Position numbers and translations under genes: made by a program. A DNA stretch of 64,000 nucleotides from Eledone cirrhosa (Eukaryota), in the NCBI GenBank assembly GCA_964016885.1, contig OZ024745.1:27094001-27158000 (forward strand), written 5' to 3'. Under the pieces are notes generated by a model. That model was not told the DNA's origin and made no database searches. It saw only the letters and a list, made by a program, of their open reading frames with translations. The number at the start of each line of letters is the position of its first letter. Position 1 is the first letter of the stretch. Below, one piece after another: positions 12,847-30,212 of this stretch.

Positions 12847-12906
<60 letters not shown>

Positions 12907-13062
12907 GTATATATAAAACAACTGATGTTATTACATTGAGCTATTTATCTTACTGGTAATAAGGTAGTAATAGATTACTGTCTTTCACTATTTAGGGTTT
13001 AAAATATATATAACTATAAATGGTTTTAGTATATACATAACCATAAATAGTATCCTTAATAC

Positions 13063-13147
<85 letters not shown>

Positions 13148-13153
13148 CATATA

Positions 13154-13219
<66 letters not shown>

Positions 13220-13255
13220 AATATATATATATATATGTATATGTATATATATATG

Positions 13256-13322
<67 letters not shown>

Positions 13323-13341
13323 GTATATGTATATATATGTA

Positions 13342-13461
<120 letters not shown>

Positions 13462-13619
13462 TTTAGGTTATCAATAATGTAGTGATAATATATCGTTACG
13501 TTAGAGATGAACAGCGTACGTGCAGGTTTGCTCAACGAGTATAAATTATATTCCGGAGAAATGTAGAAAGGATGAATATAAAATGAAAGTGCTTTTGTTA
13601 AAAAAGGAATTTATTAGGT

Positions 13620-13735
13620 ATTGACATATGTTTCTGTAACAGACCGAATACCTATGTATCGCTGCTTGCGTAATCATATAATGTTAGCAAGTATTCGATA
13701 GCAAATGTATAATCAGTTGTCACTTCTTCAGAGAT
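13620..13735 (-). ncRNA. Hammerhead motif in the 3' region of Penelope-like element 1
   Basis: Reverse complement: atct-CTGAAGA-a-gtgaca[~75 nt]tgttac-a-GAAAC-atat-GTC-aat. Sense to the ORF, ~470 nt after its stop; helix I is imperfect. Confidence 0.65.
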
Positions 13736-14203
13736 TTTGGATAAACTGGATAAAATCAGAAAAATTGAAGTATTTATATTAGTAAAAGAGGAAGGAACTG
13801 AGGGGATAGAATATGACAGATGGTAAAATAATTTACTGCTAAACAAGTATATAATGGGTTTTTAATGAGAATACCATGAGTAAATCTAAATAAGAATTTT
13901 GGGAGTGCCAATTTTAATCTCTACTTGACCAACTGGACAGTGGACAGGGCTGGTCATTTGGTGCAGTAGTATTAATTATAAAGTGTCAATTGGGGAAGGG
14001 GGAGATTTCGATTGCTACTAAATAACATCAATGCTAGTAGCCAGCTGGTATATGCATTAGGGAATTGAATCAAGAATCAGAAATCTCATTTTATCTATAG
14101 CAGTTTGTATTAAAAGGTAAATAATAGAAGAGTTGATAGAATTAAGACTAATAAAGAATGTTCATATCTATTTTGACAATCAAACGGGGATAGAGACAGG
14201 CGT

Positions 14204-16387
14204 TCAATCCTGGTAGTATTTATAATATGAAAATGTAGATTTTAAGCGATGGTTACAGTATAACGATCGCTCTATTCTGTTATTTAATAAAATGTTTTTG
14301 GATTTCATAATACAAAATAATTCTACATTACATAATTTACAAAATTCCTGTCCATTGGAATATGGGGGGGGGGGGGCAGCCGCTATTATATCCCATTTTA
14401 GGTGAAATTGTTGGTTATTTTCACGCAGCTGCCAAGCCTTGTCTGCGAGTGTTGTTACATAACGCTGGTTTTCATGTTTTATCGAATAACGATGTCTATA
14501 AAGGCGTGATTTGAAGGAGGTGGCTGTAGATCCCACATAGTACCACTTCTGTCTATCCGATTCGATAGTACATTTGTATACGATGTTACGCTCAAGACAC
14601 TGATTGTTCAACGGACACATTCCTGGTTGGACACAGTTGCAATTATAATTTTGCGTTGTTGTATTGCCATGGATGGGTTGATGAGGTTGCTTATGTAGGA
14701 CAGGATGTTGTTTGTTGTTTTGTGATGTTATAGCTAATGTTTTACGTGTATTGTTATGTGTTGGAAGGCGTTTATACAACCGTTTTGCGTTAAGCTTTTT
14801 TATATGTTGTTCAATATTAGGGGCGGTTGAATATGAAAGTCGAATAGTGTTAGGGTTTAAGATTTTATTATATTTATGTGATGTTGGAAAGTGTTTTCTA
14901 ACTAATCGAAAGAATTTTGAGGGTAGATTGGTTTTAATAGATTTGTTATAGACCGGGTTGTACCAGATATACTCCCTACATCGCCTTCTGTTTGGTGGTG
15001 TGCGACTATTATTGTGTCTATTGCGGTAGTGTATGTATGGTGGTGATTCTGTGCTATTTCTACTCCTATGTGATTTATTTTGGGTGTTTTGGTGATCTTT
15101 GACTATATACTCTATATTATCTAGGTGACCGGCTTTCCTAAGTGCATCATCATAATACTCGGCATGTTCTTTGAAGGTTTGTTGGTTGGACGATAGGCGG
15201 GAGATTCTAAGAGAAACGTTTCTAGGGATGGATTTAATTATAGAGAGTGGATGGTTAGAACTCGTATCTACATATTTAAGGTTCTCATTTAGTTTATGGA
15301 ACGGTTTAATCGTATCTGTATTGAGATTGAAAGTAACATCAAGGAAATTGACCTCTTTGAGGTTATATTCAAATGTAATATTTAATCCTAGTTCCTTAAA
15401 AAGTTTTCTGATATTTTTACGCATCCTTTCTAAATTCTGGTTATTCATATGCTTAACTAATAGGAGCGCATCGTCACGGTAAATTCCACCGTGGAGATCC
15501 TTGAATTTTCCTTGTAATCTGTGGGTGATATAAATTCCCACAAGATCTGTTACTTCCGCCGAATCATTAGAACCCATAGTGATATCAAGGATTAAATATT
15601 ACATTTGAATATAACCTCAAAGAGGTCAATTTCCTTGATGTTACTTTCAATCTCAATACAGATACGATTAAACCGTTCCATAAACTAAATGAGAACCTTA
15701 AATATGTAGATACGAGTTCTAACCATCCACTCTCTATAATTAAATCCATCCCTAGAAACGTTTCTCTTAGAATCTCCCGCCTATCGTCCAACCAACAAAC
15801 CTTCAAAGAACATGCCGAGTATTATGATGATGCACTTAGGAAAGCCGGTCACCTAGATAATATAGAGTATATAGTCAAAGATCACCAACCCAGTAGCTAT
15901 CATCGAATTTAACTATAGTTTTTCTCGCTTCCATAATAATTTTAATTTCAGCATCCGTAAGGTCGGAATTATCCTTAGCGAACGAAAGAGCTTCGTGTAG
16001 AGTATCAGGTGAAATTGAGGAATAATATTCATCAATATCAAACTGAATAAATTTTGATTTTTTCTTATCAGTAATGTTATTAAACCATCTTATTGCTTCA
16101 TGGGTGTTACCCCATAGTTTAATCTCTACTTTAACCTTAACTTGGGGGATAATTCTGTCTAGTATATATTTGCTAATTTTACCTATATCAGATTTAGAGG
16201 GGCATATAAGTCTAATATTAGGGTTAGTATCGAAGTTTACCTTGTGGTCCTTCAGGTTGAAGGATGGTATAGCTGGTGTTAAGGGTTGCGTTCTATCGTC
16301 AATACAAAGTTTTTTAACAATATCACATGCCGAGTTGTTGATGTTTTTAAGTGTGGCTTCATTAGTTTTCCTGTATTTTTTATGCAA
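14204..16387 (-). pseudogene. PLE reverse transcriptase / GIY-YIG ORF split by a 301-bp inverted self-insertion
   Basis: Two ORF pieces (15875-16387 and 14204-15577). 15588-15888 is the reverse complement of 15089-15389. Confidence 0.88.
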
Positions 16388-16469
16388 TTCCTTACGGATG
16401 AAGTTATTGTAATATAAAAGTTATTGTTATATAACTTATATATTGTAATATATAAGTTATTGTTATATA

Positions 16470-19778
<3,309 letters not shown>

Positions 19779-19830
19779 ACTCAGGAAAGAAGGTTGACAT
19801 GGTTTGCTATACAAAAAAGGTTTTTAATCT

Positions 19831-19943
19831 CATAGCTGACAATTGTTTCTCTGAACTGGTAGGTCTAGAGATCGCTATTCGCTTATTTTCACGTTACTCG
19901 ATCGCCAATACAAAATTATAACCAGTCAGATCTTCGGAGCATG
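19831..19943 (-). ncRNA. Hammerhead motif in the inverted pseudo-LTR of PLE 2
   Basis: Reverse complement: catgct-CCGAAGA-tctgactggt[~60 nt]accagttcaga-GAAAC-aatt-GTC-agctatg. Confidence 0.7.
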
Positions 19944-19999
19944 CGAGAATGAAGAAAATACACAGGCAAGAAAAGAATAAACACATACAATAGCTTTAT

Positions 20000-22098
20000 C
20001 CAGCGTGAACTACATAAAAATATAAAAAAACAAATGAATCTACACTCACCAGCATTAACATGGAGGGCCTCAAGATAGTTAATAAACTCGGAATTCCAGA
20101 TAGAACCGAACCGCTAACCCAGTGCAACCCAACATTTAACCTGAAGGATCACAAAAATAACTTTGAAACTAATCCCACCATTAGATTAATATGCACATCC
20201 AAGTCAGACATAGGTAAAATTAGCAAGAACATTCTAGATAGGGTAATCGCACAAATAAAGGGTAAACTAGAAATCAATTTATGGGGCAACTCTAACGAGG
20301 CAATTAAATGGTTCAATAAAATACAAAATAGGGAGACGTGTAACTTCATACAATTTGATATAGACGACTACTATGCATCCATATCCCCAGCTACCCTAGA
20401 TAATATTTGCCCAAAATAACTCTGATCTTACCCATGATGAAATTGAAATAATAATTGTTTCTACTTTAGGCACAAGGCCAGCAATTACCCAGTGCATTAC
20501 TGGTACTTTATTTTATCGACCCCGTAAGGATGAAAGGCAAAGTCAACCTCGGCGGGATTTGAACTCAGATAGCGGCTAGAAGGACTATCATAAAATTTGA
20601 AAATAGCTACTGGGTAAGAAAGGATAGAATAAATAGCTTCGATATAACAATGGGATCAAATGATTCTGCGCAAATCATAGATATCGTGGGGCTATTCATA
20701 GCACACAACCTACATAAGGAATTCAGTAACCTCCAAGGAGGAATTTATAGGGACGACACGTTACTTATAGCTAGGAACCTAAACAACCAGAGCATGGAAA
20801 GACTAAGAAAAAATATTAGAATATTCTTCAAAAAACTAGGCCTAAGTATTACCTACGAACTAAACCATAAGAAGGTAAATTTTCTAGATGTGACTCTAAA
20901 TCTAAATACTGGATTAATAGAACCTTTCCACAAAAATAATGAAAATCTTGCCTACATTAGTTACAACTCAAATCACCCCAAATCCATAATTAGATCCATA
21001 GCACGTAGTATATCCCTCCGAATATCCCGCTTATCCTCAAACCTAGAAATCTTTAACGAGCATGCTGACTATTATAATGCAGCATTACGTAGGGCCGGTC
21101 ATAAAGATAAACTGCAGTATATAGTGAATAAGGACAACGTAAACAATCCTAGTAATTACTACTCCAACCGCTCACATAATAATAGAAATAACTTGACTAG
21201 ACATAGGGTTGGACACATAACACCTGGAGTAAACGGCCAAAACACTAATAACGTAAACCCAAGAAACAATAGAAGAAACAGACAAAGAAAATACCTATGG
21301 TTCAACCCAATATTCAACTCCTCTATAAAAACTAGACTGCCCTCTACATTCTTTAAACTAATAGATAAACACTTCCCTATCTCGCATAGATATCACAAAA
21401 TACTCAATAGATCTACTATAAAACTCTCATACTCAACAGCAGCTAACATAGAATCACACATACGCAAGATCAACCACAGAAATATCTCTAGTAAATCAAC
21501 TGCACCTATACATAACGTAGCACCTAATTATAAGCACAAACACATCACAACATCACAACCACAAGCGCATACAAACGCGCAGCAGCAAAACCCCATTGGG
21601 CATATATCACAACCCACTTATAACAGAGTACTAAACAGGAATGTAAAAGCTGCACAAAATAGCGCCTCAAACTGTAACTGTCACCTACCAGATAGGTGCC
21701 CATTGGCGAACAGATGTCTCGATTTGAGCCTAGTGTACATGTGCACGGTCATCTCGGGTAACTCCACCTGGAATTACATAGGATCCACCGCGGGTTCTTT
21801 TAAAAAAATATGGTATGTGCACAGACACTCAATGAAAAACCGTGCACTTATGGGTTCCACAACCCTCGCCAAAAAAATATGGGAACTGAAGGACAGCAGC
21901 ACTAATTACAGTATCAACTGGTCGAAGTTGTCGGCTGCTAAAACCTATAGTACAGGGATGTCCCACTGCGGGCTATGTGATCTTGAGCTTTTGTATATCC
22001 TCAAAAATGTAAAAAGGCTACTTAACAATAAGTTAGAAAGATCTATCTTCTGCAGACATAGAATTGCCACTAAATTCATAAGATTCAAACCTCCGTGA
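20000..22098 (+). pseudogene. PLE RT / GIY-YIG ORF disrupted by a small deletion (~20403) and an antisense SINE (20454-20570)
   Basis: The frame resumes as AARRTIIKFENSYWV..FDITMGS after the SINE, collinear with element 1. Confidence 0.85.
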
Positions 22099-22411
22099 AT
22101 CGAACCAACACAACATAGCTTTAAATTAGGATACCTACTACCCACAGAAATATAGTCATTAAGTATACTATATCCTTCACAAGTCTATACCACACAAATG
22201 TCTGTAAGTACCTCATCTACCCACAAACTTATTCCTTCTCAGTTGCTGCCATCATTTGATCCCAAATCCTAGTTTTTCTCAAATCACTACTACAATGTAA
22301 CTTTACCTTCCTTTTGCCATAATTACAATTAGCACGCTTATCTCTCTGCATGTATGTATATGTTTGTACGAGTGTATATTGATGTGTATGTATGTGTCTA
22401 TGTACACATGC

Positions 22412-22561
<150 letters not shown>

Positions 22562-22936
22562 ATATGCGTATATTACTTCGTTAACCTCTGTATTAACTCA
22601 ACAACTATTTAGCTTTGACAGTGTTGTCCCACTCATGTATACTATTGAAGATGAAAAGAAAGACTGTAAACGCTGGCTTATCTTTATAATTTAAAATTGA
22701 TACACACTTCGATACTCTGTACATGCCAAACTCTTACTTTTGCCTCATGACAACTAGTTTTACACGCCGTAACGTTAGATACATTATACCCCCCACCTAA
22801 GTAATGTCAGGGTCTCCTCAAATAATTTATTAATAGCATTGTTGTAATTGTTGTTATTGTTCTAATTGAATGCCATTACTACTTCATATAGTAGCCTGTA
22901 TATTCTTTTCTTGCCTGTGTATTTTCTTCATTCTCG

Positions 22937-23049
22937 CATGGTCCGAAGATCTGACTGGTTATAATTTTGTATTGGCGATCGAGTAACGTGAAAATAAGCG
23001 AATAGCGATCTCTAGACCTACCAGTTCAGAGAAACAATTGTCAGCTATG
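22937..23049 (+). ncRNA. Hammerhead motif in the 3' pseudo-LTR of PLE 2
   Basis: catggt-CCGAAGA-tctgactggt[..]accagttcaga-GAAAC-aatt-GTC-agctatg. 10-bp helix II with one bulge; one helix-I mismatch relative to the 19.9-kb copy. Confidence 0.65.
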
Positions 23050-23308
23050 AGATTAAAAACCTTTTTTGTATAGCAAACCATGTCAACCTTCTTTCCTGAT
23101 TTATTATTACTCCAAGTGTTTACAACATAGGAATTACAGCATACCCGCAGCATCACTATGAAAACGCCTTGTTGAGTCAAACCAAAGCAAGCGTTGATAT
23201 CATCCACTACCTGGAATACCATAACTGGACTTTACCTAAGTGGACTGCATTTAACTATTATTTGTTACCCCGTATATGTATATATATATATATATGTATA
23301 TATATATG

Positions 23309-23361
<53 letters not shown>

Positions 23362-23368
23362 GCATATA

Positions 23369-23451
<83 letters not shown>

Positions 23452-23452
23452 G

Positions 23453-23520
<68 letters not shown>

Positions 23521-23538
23521 TATATGTCTATATATATG

Positions 23539-23569
<31 letters not shown>

Positions 23570-23600
23570 GTATATATATATATATATGTATATATATATG

Positions 23601-23632
<32 letters not shown>

Positions 23633-23638
23633 TATATG

Positions 23639-24249
23639 TCAGGTCACCACTTGGTGCTACTGGTAACATGTATTCCAGTACAACCTGTCCCGTGGTCGGG
23701 TCGTTGGCGACTAAACTGGCAACCCCACCAAGGTTTCTTGGTGAGGAGGGTGACTTTGGACATCCTGCAGGACTAAAAACAAAACCTGTCAAAGGGCAAA
23801 GGAGCTCTTAAAAGTCAATGGCCATCCAAAATCACCGGGGGAGATGACCCCTTAGCCTTTGTCAAGGCAGAATTCTAAGAGAAGGAAAACTCTGATATAA
23901 CACCTGCAACTCTGATGGTATCCAATGATGTTGACTTGTTTTTCTTTTTGGTAAATATCATCTTGGTTAAGAGAGTGGGACTGGCTTTGTGCAGTGCCTT
24001 TGCTCACTATAAAAGCTTCACGGCACAGGCATTGCTTTATATCTGGAGATCTCTCTGCACTTGTCATCACATGGTACCATGGGCCTAGCACTATGTGTCA
24101 ATAATTGTCACAAGTGTAGTGTTTGTACCAGAGTTTTCAAGTCGCTGGCTGGACTAAAGTCACATTCGTTCAGCGCATCGGTAGGAGTTATCCTACATGG
24201 ATATAAAGTAGTGGCCGTGGCCGTACTCGAAAACGAGTTGGCAGCCACC

Positions 24250-24250
<1 letters not shown>
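23639..24250 (+). mobile_element. Short internally deleted RTE derivative (5'-UTR-like part joined to a C-terminal C2H2 finger and 3' UTR)
   Basis: RTE 5'-UTR-like motifs (ggcgactaa, gagaaggaaaactctga), then [17 protein letters not shown] / HIRSAHR* across a frameshift, a short 3' hairpin ctcg-aaaa-cgag and (TA)n. Confidence 0.65.
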
Positions 24251-24335
<85 letters not shown>

Positions 24336-24420
24336 GTATATATATATATGTATATATGTATATATGTATATATATATATATGTATATATATGTATATATA
24401 TATGTATATATATGTATATA

Positions 24421-24469
<49 letters not shown>

Positions 24470-24479
24470 GTATATATAT

Positions 24480-26995
24480 AACTTTGAATAACTTTGAAAT
24501 GTTTTGGCCAGTATTGGCCCAGGCCATGTCTAACTTAATAGCACCACCTGGCGAAGTCTTTCAATTCAGGATTTGGGCACCATGGCCCATTCGAGAAGAG
24601 AATTACTGTTTGCGGAGACATATCCGGGTGTGGGTGGTTTGTCCGGGATTACTTGGAGGAATTTGTCCAAAGACTTCTTGAATTTTGAGTGGTCAGTTTC
24701 TGTTTTGATGTGTCCTGGTGTGATGTTGAAGAGAGCAGGGCCGATTGAGGTGAAATAATTGTGCCGTATTGTTGTTATGAGTTGTGATTTAGATTTTTGA
24801 ATGGGACGGATAGCACGGGGCCCAAGCCTTGGGTGTATCATTTGGGCAGTGATGATGGAACATTTTCCACATCATGCAGATAATATAACGCTCACGGCGA
24901 CGTTGGAGTGAGTAAAGTTTCAGGTTTTCCAATCGACCCCAGTAGTCAAGGTCTGACATGCCATCTATCTTTTTCGTGATTGCCCTTTAAGGAGCTTCAA
25001 GTTTCATGATACTTTGTTTCGTGTGGGGAGACCACAGTGGACAACAGTATTCAAGGTGTGGTCGGGCGAAAGTAGAGAAGAGAAGGATAATGGTGCGGGA
25101 ATCTCTCGACTGGAAGGTTCTGAGGATCCAGGAACACATTCTGCCGGCTATGTCAACCTTGCTGCTTATATGCGTGGTCCAGCTTATGTTGCTGTCCACG
25201 GTTACTCCCAAGTCTCTGATGTTGTTAGATGCCACGAGAGTTTCCCCGGAGGGAAGGGAGTACGGGAGTTTCAGAGCATCCTCTTTTCCAAAGTGGATCA
25301 GTTCGAATTTGTCCTCGTTCAGTAACATGTTGTTCTTTTCTGCCCATTGGGTAACAGCCAGTAGGTCTGACTGAAGGCTTATCCGGTCATCCACGCCATT
25401 GATGACCTTTTGGAGCTTGGAATCATCAGCGAAAATTTTAATGTTGCTGTGTTTGATGATGTCAGTGATGTCATTAATATAGATGATGAAGAGAAGTGGG
25501 CCCAACACAGTGCCTTGTGGGACTCCACTACTGACTTTGGCTGGGCTTGATTTGACTCCCTCAACTACAACATGTTGGGTTCTGTTTGACAGGAAGCTCT
25601 TGATCCACTGCAGCAGCTTTCCAGTGACACCAATATTGGACAGCTTTCTCAGTAGAATGTTATGATCAACCCTGTCAAAGGCCTTGCTGAAATCAAGGTA
25701 GATAACATCAGTGTTGGAACCCTCTCCCAAGGCTCTCAAAATGTCATCAAAGTGATGCAGTAGTTGCGTCAGGCAATCCCTTCCATTACGGAATCCATGC
25801 TGGTTGGAGTTCAGCATATTGTTACTCTCAAGGAAGTGGGTCATTCGCGATCTCACCACTCGCTCAAATACCTTAATGATATGAGAGGTGAGTGAGATTG
25901 GACGGTAATTCACGGCAAGGGATTTGTTTCCCTTTTTGAAAACTGGGACAACAGACTGGGATAGAAGGTTTTCTGGCACATATCCAGCATCCAGTGAGTT
26001 CCGCCACAGATTGGCAAGAGGAGAAGCAAGTTGGTGTTGACACGCCTTCAGGACACAAGCAGGGAACCTATCGGGACCTACTGCTGAATTATGCTTGATT
26101 TCCTTTATTGCCGCCAAGACATCAGGGGCGCCAAACGTTATGTCCGATAAGGTGTAATGGGGAGTAACATCGCCGATACAGCCCAGATCGGCCATATCAG
26201 GATTGCTGAAAACAGAGCAGTATTGTTTCTGCAGTATCTCACCCATGGTTTTAGCATTGTCTTGAAGAGTGCCATTTTCATCAATTAGAGGGCCAACAGT
26301 AGAGCCAGTGATTTTGTGTTTTTTTGCAAATGAAAAGAACACTTTGGGATTGAGTTTGATCTTCTCAATGGCCCAGGCCTCTTCAGCTCTTCTCTGATTG
26401 TTGATGAGGGACATTATGTTGTTTTGGAGGTTATGTTTTTTAATCTCTAGTGATGAAATGGCAGTCAAGTTGATGTGTTGCTGCTGACAGTATTTCAGCT
26501 TGTTGATTTTTTTGTTCGTTCTCTTAATTTTTCTGATGAGCGTTTTTCTATTTCTAGGGATTCTGCTCTTAGATTTGTTTATAGTTCTTAATGGGGTGTG
26601 TTTAGCACATATGTTTGTAACAGTGTCCACAAATGTCTGCCAGGACTTTTTGATGTTAGTGGGTGTATGAGTGTGCGTGAAGGACCAGTCGACATGTGCA
26701 AGATCATGACTGATCGCTTCCCAGTTTGCATTGTGGAAATCCATAGCGTCAAACGGATGGACAGGAGAGATGACATTGGGTTTGTATATTGGACGGTGGA
26801 ATCTCAGATCACAGAGAACCATGTCATGATCAGAGAGTAGAGTTTTCTCCACTGCAATATTGTGGATATTGTCAGTGTGATTGCTGAAAATTAAGTCTAG
26901 GACGTTTTTGTGGCACCTCGTTGGTTCGAGCACTAGTTGGGATAGGAAGAAATCATCCATGAAGTCAAGAAGTGATTCCACAGCTTCCCTGTCAG
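24480..26995 (-). mobile_element. CR1/L2-group LINE copy A, 5'-truncated (endonuclease C-terminus + RT), premature stop at 24987
   Basis: [61 protein letters not shown]; 3' tail (tttcaaagtta)2. Confidence 0.92.
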
Positions 26996-27265
26996 ATACA
27001 TATATATATACATATATATATACATATATATATATATATACACATATATATATACATATATATATACATATATACATATATATATATACACATATATATA
27101 TGCATATATATATATATACATATATATATATACATATATATATATACATATATATATACATATATATATATATATACACATATATATATACATATATATA
27201 TACATATATATACATATATACATATATATATATACACATATATATATGCATATATATATATATAC

Positions 27266-27296
<31 letters not shown>

Positions 27297-27297
27297 C

Positions 27298-27330
<33 letters not shown>

Positions 27331-27368
27331 CATATATGTATATATATATATATATGTATATATATATG

Positions 27369-27639
<271 letters not shown>

Positions 27640-27673
27640 GTATATATATATATATGTATATATATATGTATAT

Positions 27674-29483
27674 AACTTTGAAATGTTTTGGCCAGTATTG
27701 ACCCAGGCCATGTCTAACTTAATAGCACCACCTGGCGAAGTCTTTCAATTCAGGATTTGGGCACCATGGCCCCTTCGAGAAGGGAATTACTGTTTGCGGG
27801 ATTACTTGGAGGAATTTGTCCAAAGACTTCTTTAATTTTGTGTGGTCAGTTTCTGTTTTGACGTATCCTGGTGTGATGTTGACGAGAGCAGGGCCAATTG
27901 AGGTTAAATAATTGTGCCGTATTGTTGTTATGAGTTGCGATTTAGATTTTTGTTTGGGACGGATAGCACGGGGCCCAAGCCTTGGGTGTATTTTGAAGGT
28001 GATGCCAACATCATTTGGGCAGTGATGATGAAACTTTTTCCACATCATGCAGATAATATAACGCTCACAGCGACGTTGGAGTGAGTAAAGTTTCAGCTTT
28101 TCTAGTCGACCCCAGTAGTCAAGGTCTGACATGCCATCTATCTTTTTCGTGATTGCCCTTTGGGGAGCTTCAAGTTTCATGATACTTTGTTTCGTGTGGG
28201 GAGACCACAGTGGACAACAGTATTCAAGTTGTGGTCGGGCAAAAGTGGAGAAGAGAAGGATAATGGTGTGGGAATCTCTCGACTGGAAGGTTATGAGGAT
28301 CCAGGAACACATTCTGCGGGCCATGTCAACTTTGCTGCTTATATGCGTGGCCCAGCTTATGTTGCTGTTCACAGTTACTCCCAAGTCTCTGATGTTGTTA
28401 GATGCCACAAGAGTTTCCCCGGAGGGAAGGCAGCACGGAAGTTTCAGAACATCCTCTTTTCCAAAGTGGATCAGTTCAAATTTGTCTTCGTTCAGTAACA
28501 TGTTGTTCTTTTCCGCCCATTGGGTAACAGCCAGTAGGTCTGACTGAAGGCTTATCCGGTCATCCACGCCATTGATGACCTTTTGGAGCTTGGAATCATC
28601 AGCGAAAATTTTAATGTTGCTGTGTTTGATGATGTCAGTGATGTCATTAATATAGATGATGAAGAGAAGTGGGCCCAACACAGTGCCTTGTGGGACTCCA
28701 CTACTGACTTTGGCTGGGCTTGATTTGACTCCCTCAACTACAACATGTTGGGTTCTGTTTGACAGGAAGCTCTTGATCCACTGCAGCAGCTTTCCAGTGA
28801 CACCAATATTGGACAGCTTTCTCAGTAGAATGTTATGATCAACCCTGTCAAAGGCCTTGCTGAAATCAAGGTAGATAACATCAGTGTTGGAACCCTCTCC
28901 CAAGGCTCTCAAAATGTCATCAAAGTGATGCAGTAGCTGCGTCAGGCAATCCCTTCCATTACGGAATCCATGCTGGTTGGAGTTCAGCATATTGTTACTC
29001 TCAAGGAAGTGAGTCATTCGCGATCTCACCACTCTCTCAAATACCTTAATGATATGAGAGGTGAGTGAGATTGGACGGTAATTCACAGCAAGGGATTTGT
29101 TTCCTTTTTTGAAAACTGGGACAACAGACTGGGATAGAAGGTTTTCTGGCACATATCCAGCATCCAGTGAGTTCCGCCACAGATTGGCAAGAGGAGAAGC
29201 AAGTTGGTGTTGACACGCCTTCAGGACACAAGCAGGGAACCTATCGGGACCTACTGCTGAATTATGCTTGATTTCCTTTATTGCCGCTAAGACATCAGGG
29301 GCGCTAAACATTATGTCCGATAAGGTGTAATGGGGAGTAACATCGCCGATACAGCCCAGATCAGCCATATCAGGATTGCTGAAAACAGAGCAGTATTGTT
29401 TCTGCAGTATCTCACCCATGGTTTTAGCATTGTCTTGAAGAGTGCCATTTTCATCAATTAGAGGGCCAAGAGTAGAGCCAGTG

Positions 29484-29486
<3 letters not shown>
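27674..29486 (-). mobile_element. CR1/L2-group LINE copy B, 5'-truncated
   Basis: ORF 27719-29419 is near-identical to copy A and has the same 3' end. Confidence 0.92.
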
Positions 29487-29522
<36 letters not shown>

Positions 29523-29525
<3 letters not shown>

Positions 29526-30137
29526 TCATCATCATCATCATCATCATCGTTTAACGTCCATATTCCACGCTTGCATGGGTTTGGACGGGGGTTTTCCCAC
29601 TTGAGGCAAGAGTGGTTGTCTTGCTCGCATAGGACTGTCTGGCGGGTTTTCTACAGCTGGATGCCCTTCCTAACACCAACCACATTTACAGTGTGGAACT
29701 GGGAGATTTTACCGTGTTACCTACACGGCCACATTACAGCGTGGACTGTTTTTTTGTCGTGACACCTACACGACCTCATTTGTTTCGGGCTGGATGTTGT
29801 GACACCAACATAACTTTACATTGAAAGGGGTGGTGTGGATGGGGTGGGGTAGTGGGACGGGGGTGTATTTTGTTAGAGGTGCCTACTGACTGTAGTAGGT
29901 TTCACTTTGTACTTAGGTAAAGCGGGTCTTCTCTATTACTGTGTAGCGCCAAAGCTCTCGGTCCAGTGACATTGTCTTGGAGAAGTGTGTGAGGTCGGAA
30001 TTTATCAAGTCGTCCCAGGTTTTTCTGGGTCTGCCTACTCCGTGGCTACCGTCTATTTTTATTGCCCTGCACTTTTTTATACAGCTGTCGTCTTTCATGC
30101 GCATCACGTGACCATACCAACGTAGTCTTCTCTCGAG

Positions 30138-30140
<3 letters not shown>
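29523..30140 (-). mobile_element. RTE LINE 3' fragment with (GAT)n tail
   Basis: [22 protein letters not shown]; same family as 37367-39894. Confidence 0.9.
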
Positions 30141-30210
<70 letters not shown>

Positions 30211-30212
30211 AA

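Noticed and set aside
23690-23760. Twister ribozyme suggested by gaggagggt
   Set aside because: The conserved P4/L4 segment (GUCCCAAGCCC-like) is absent.
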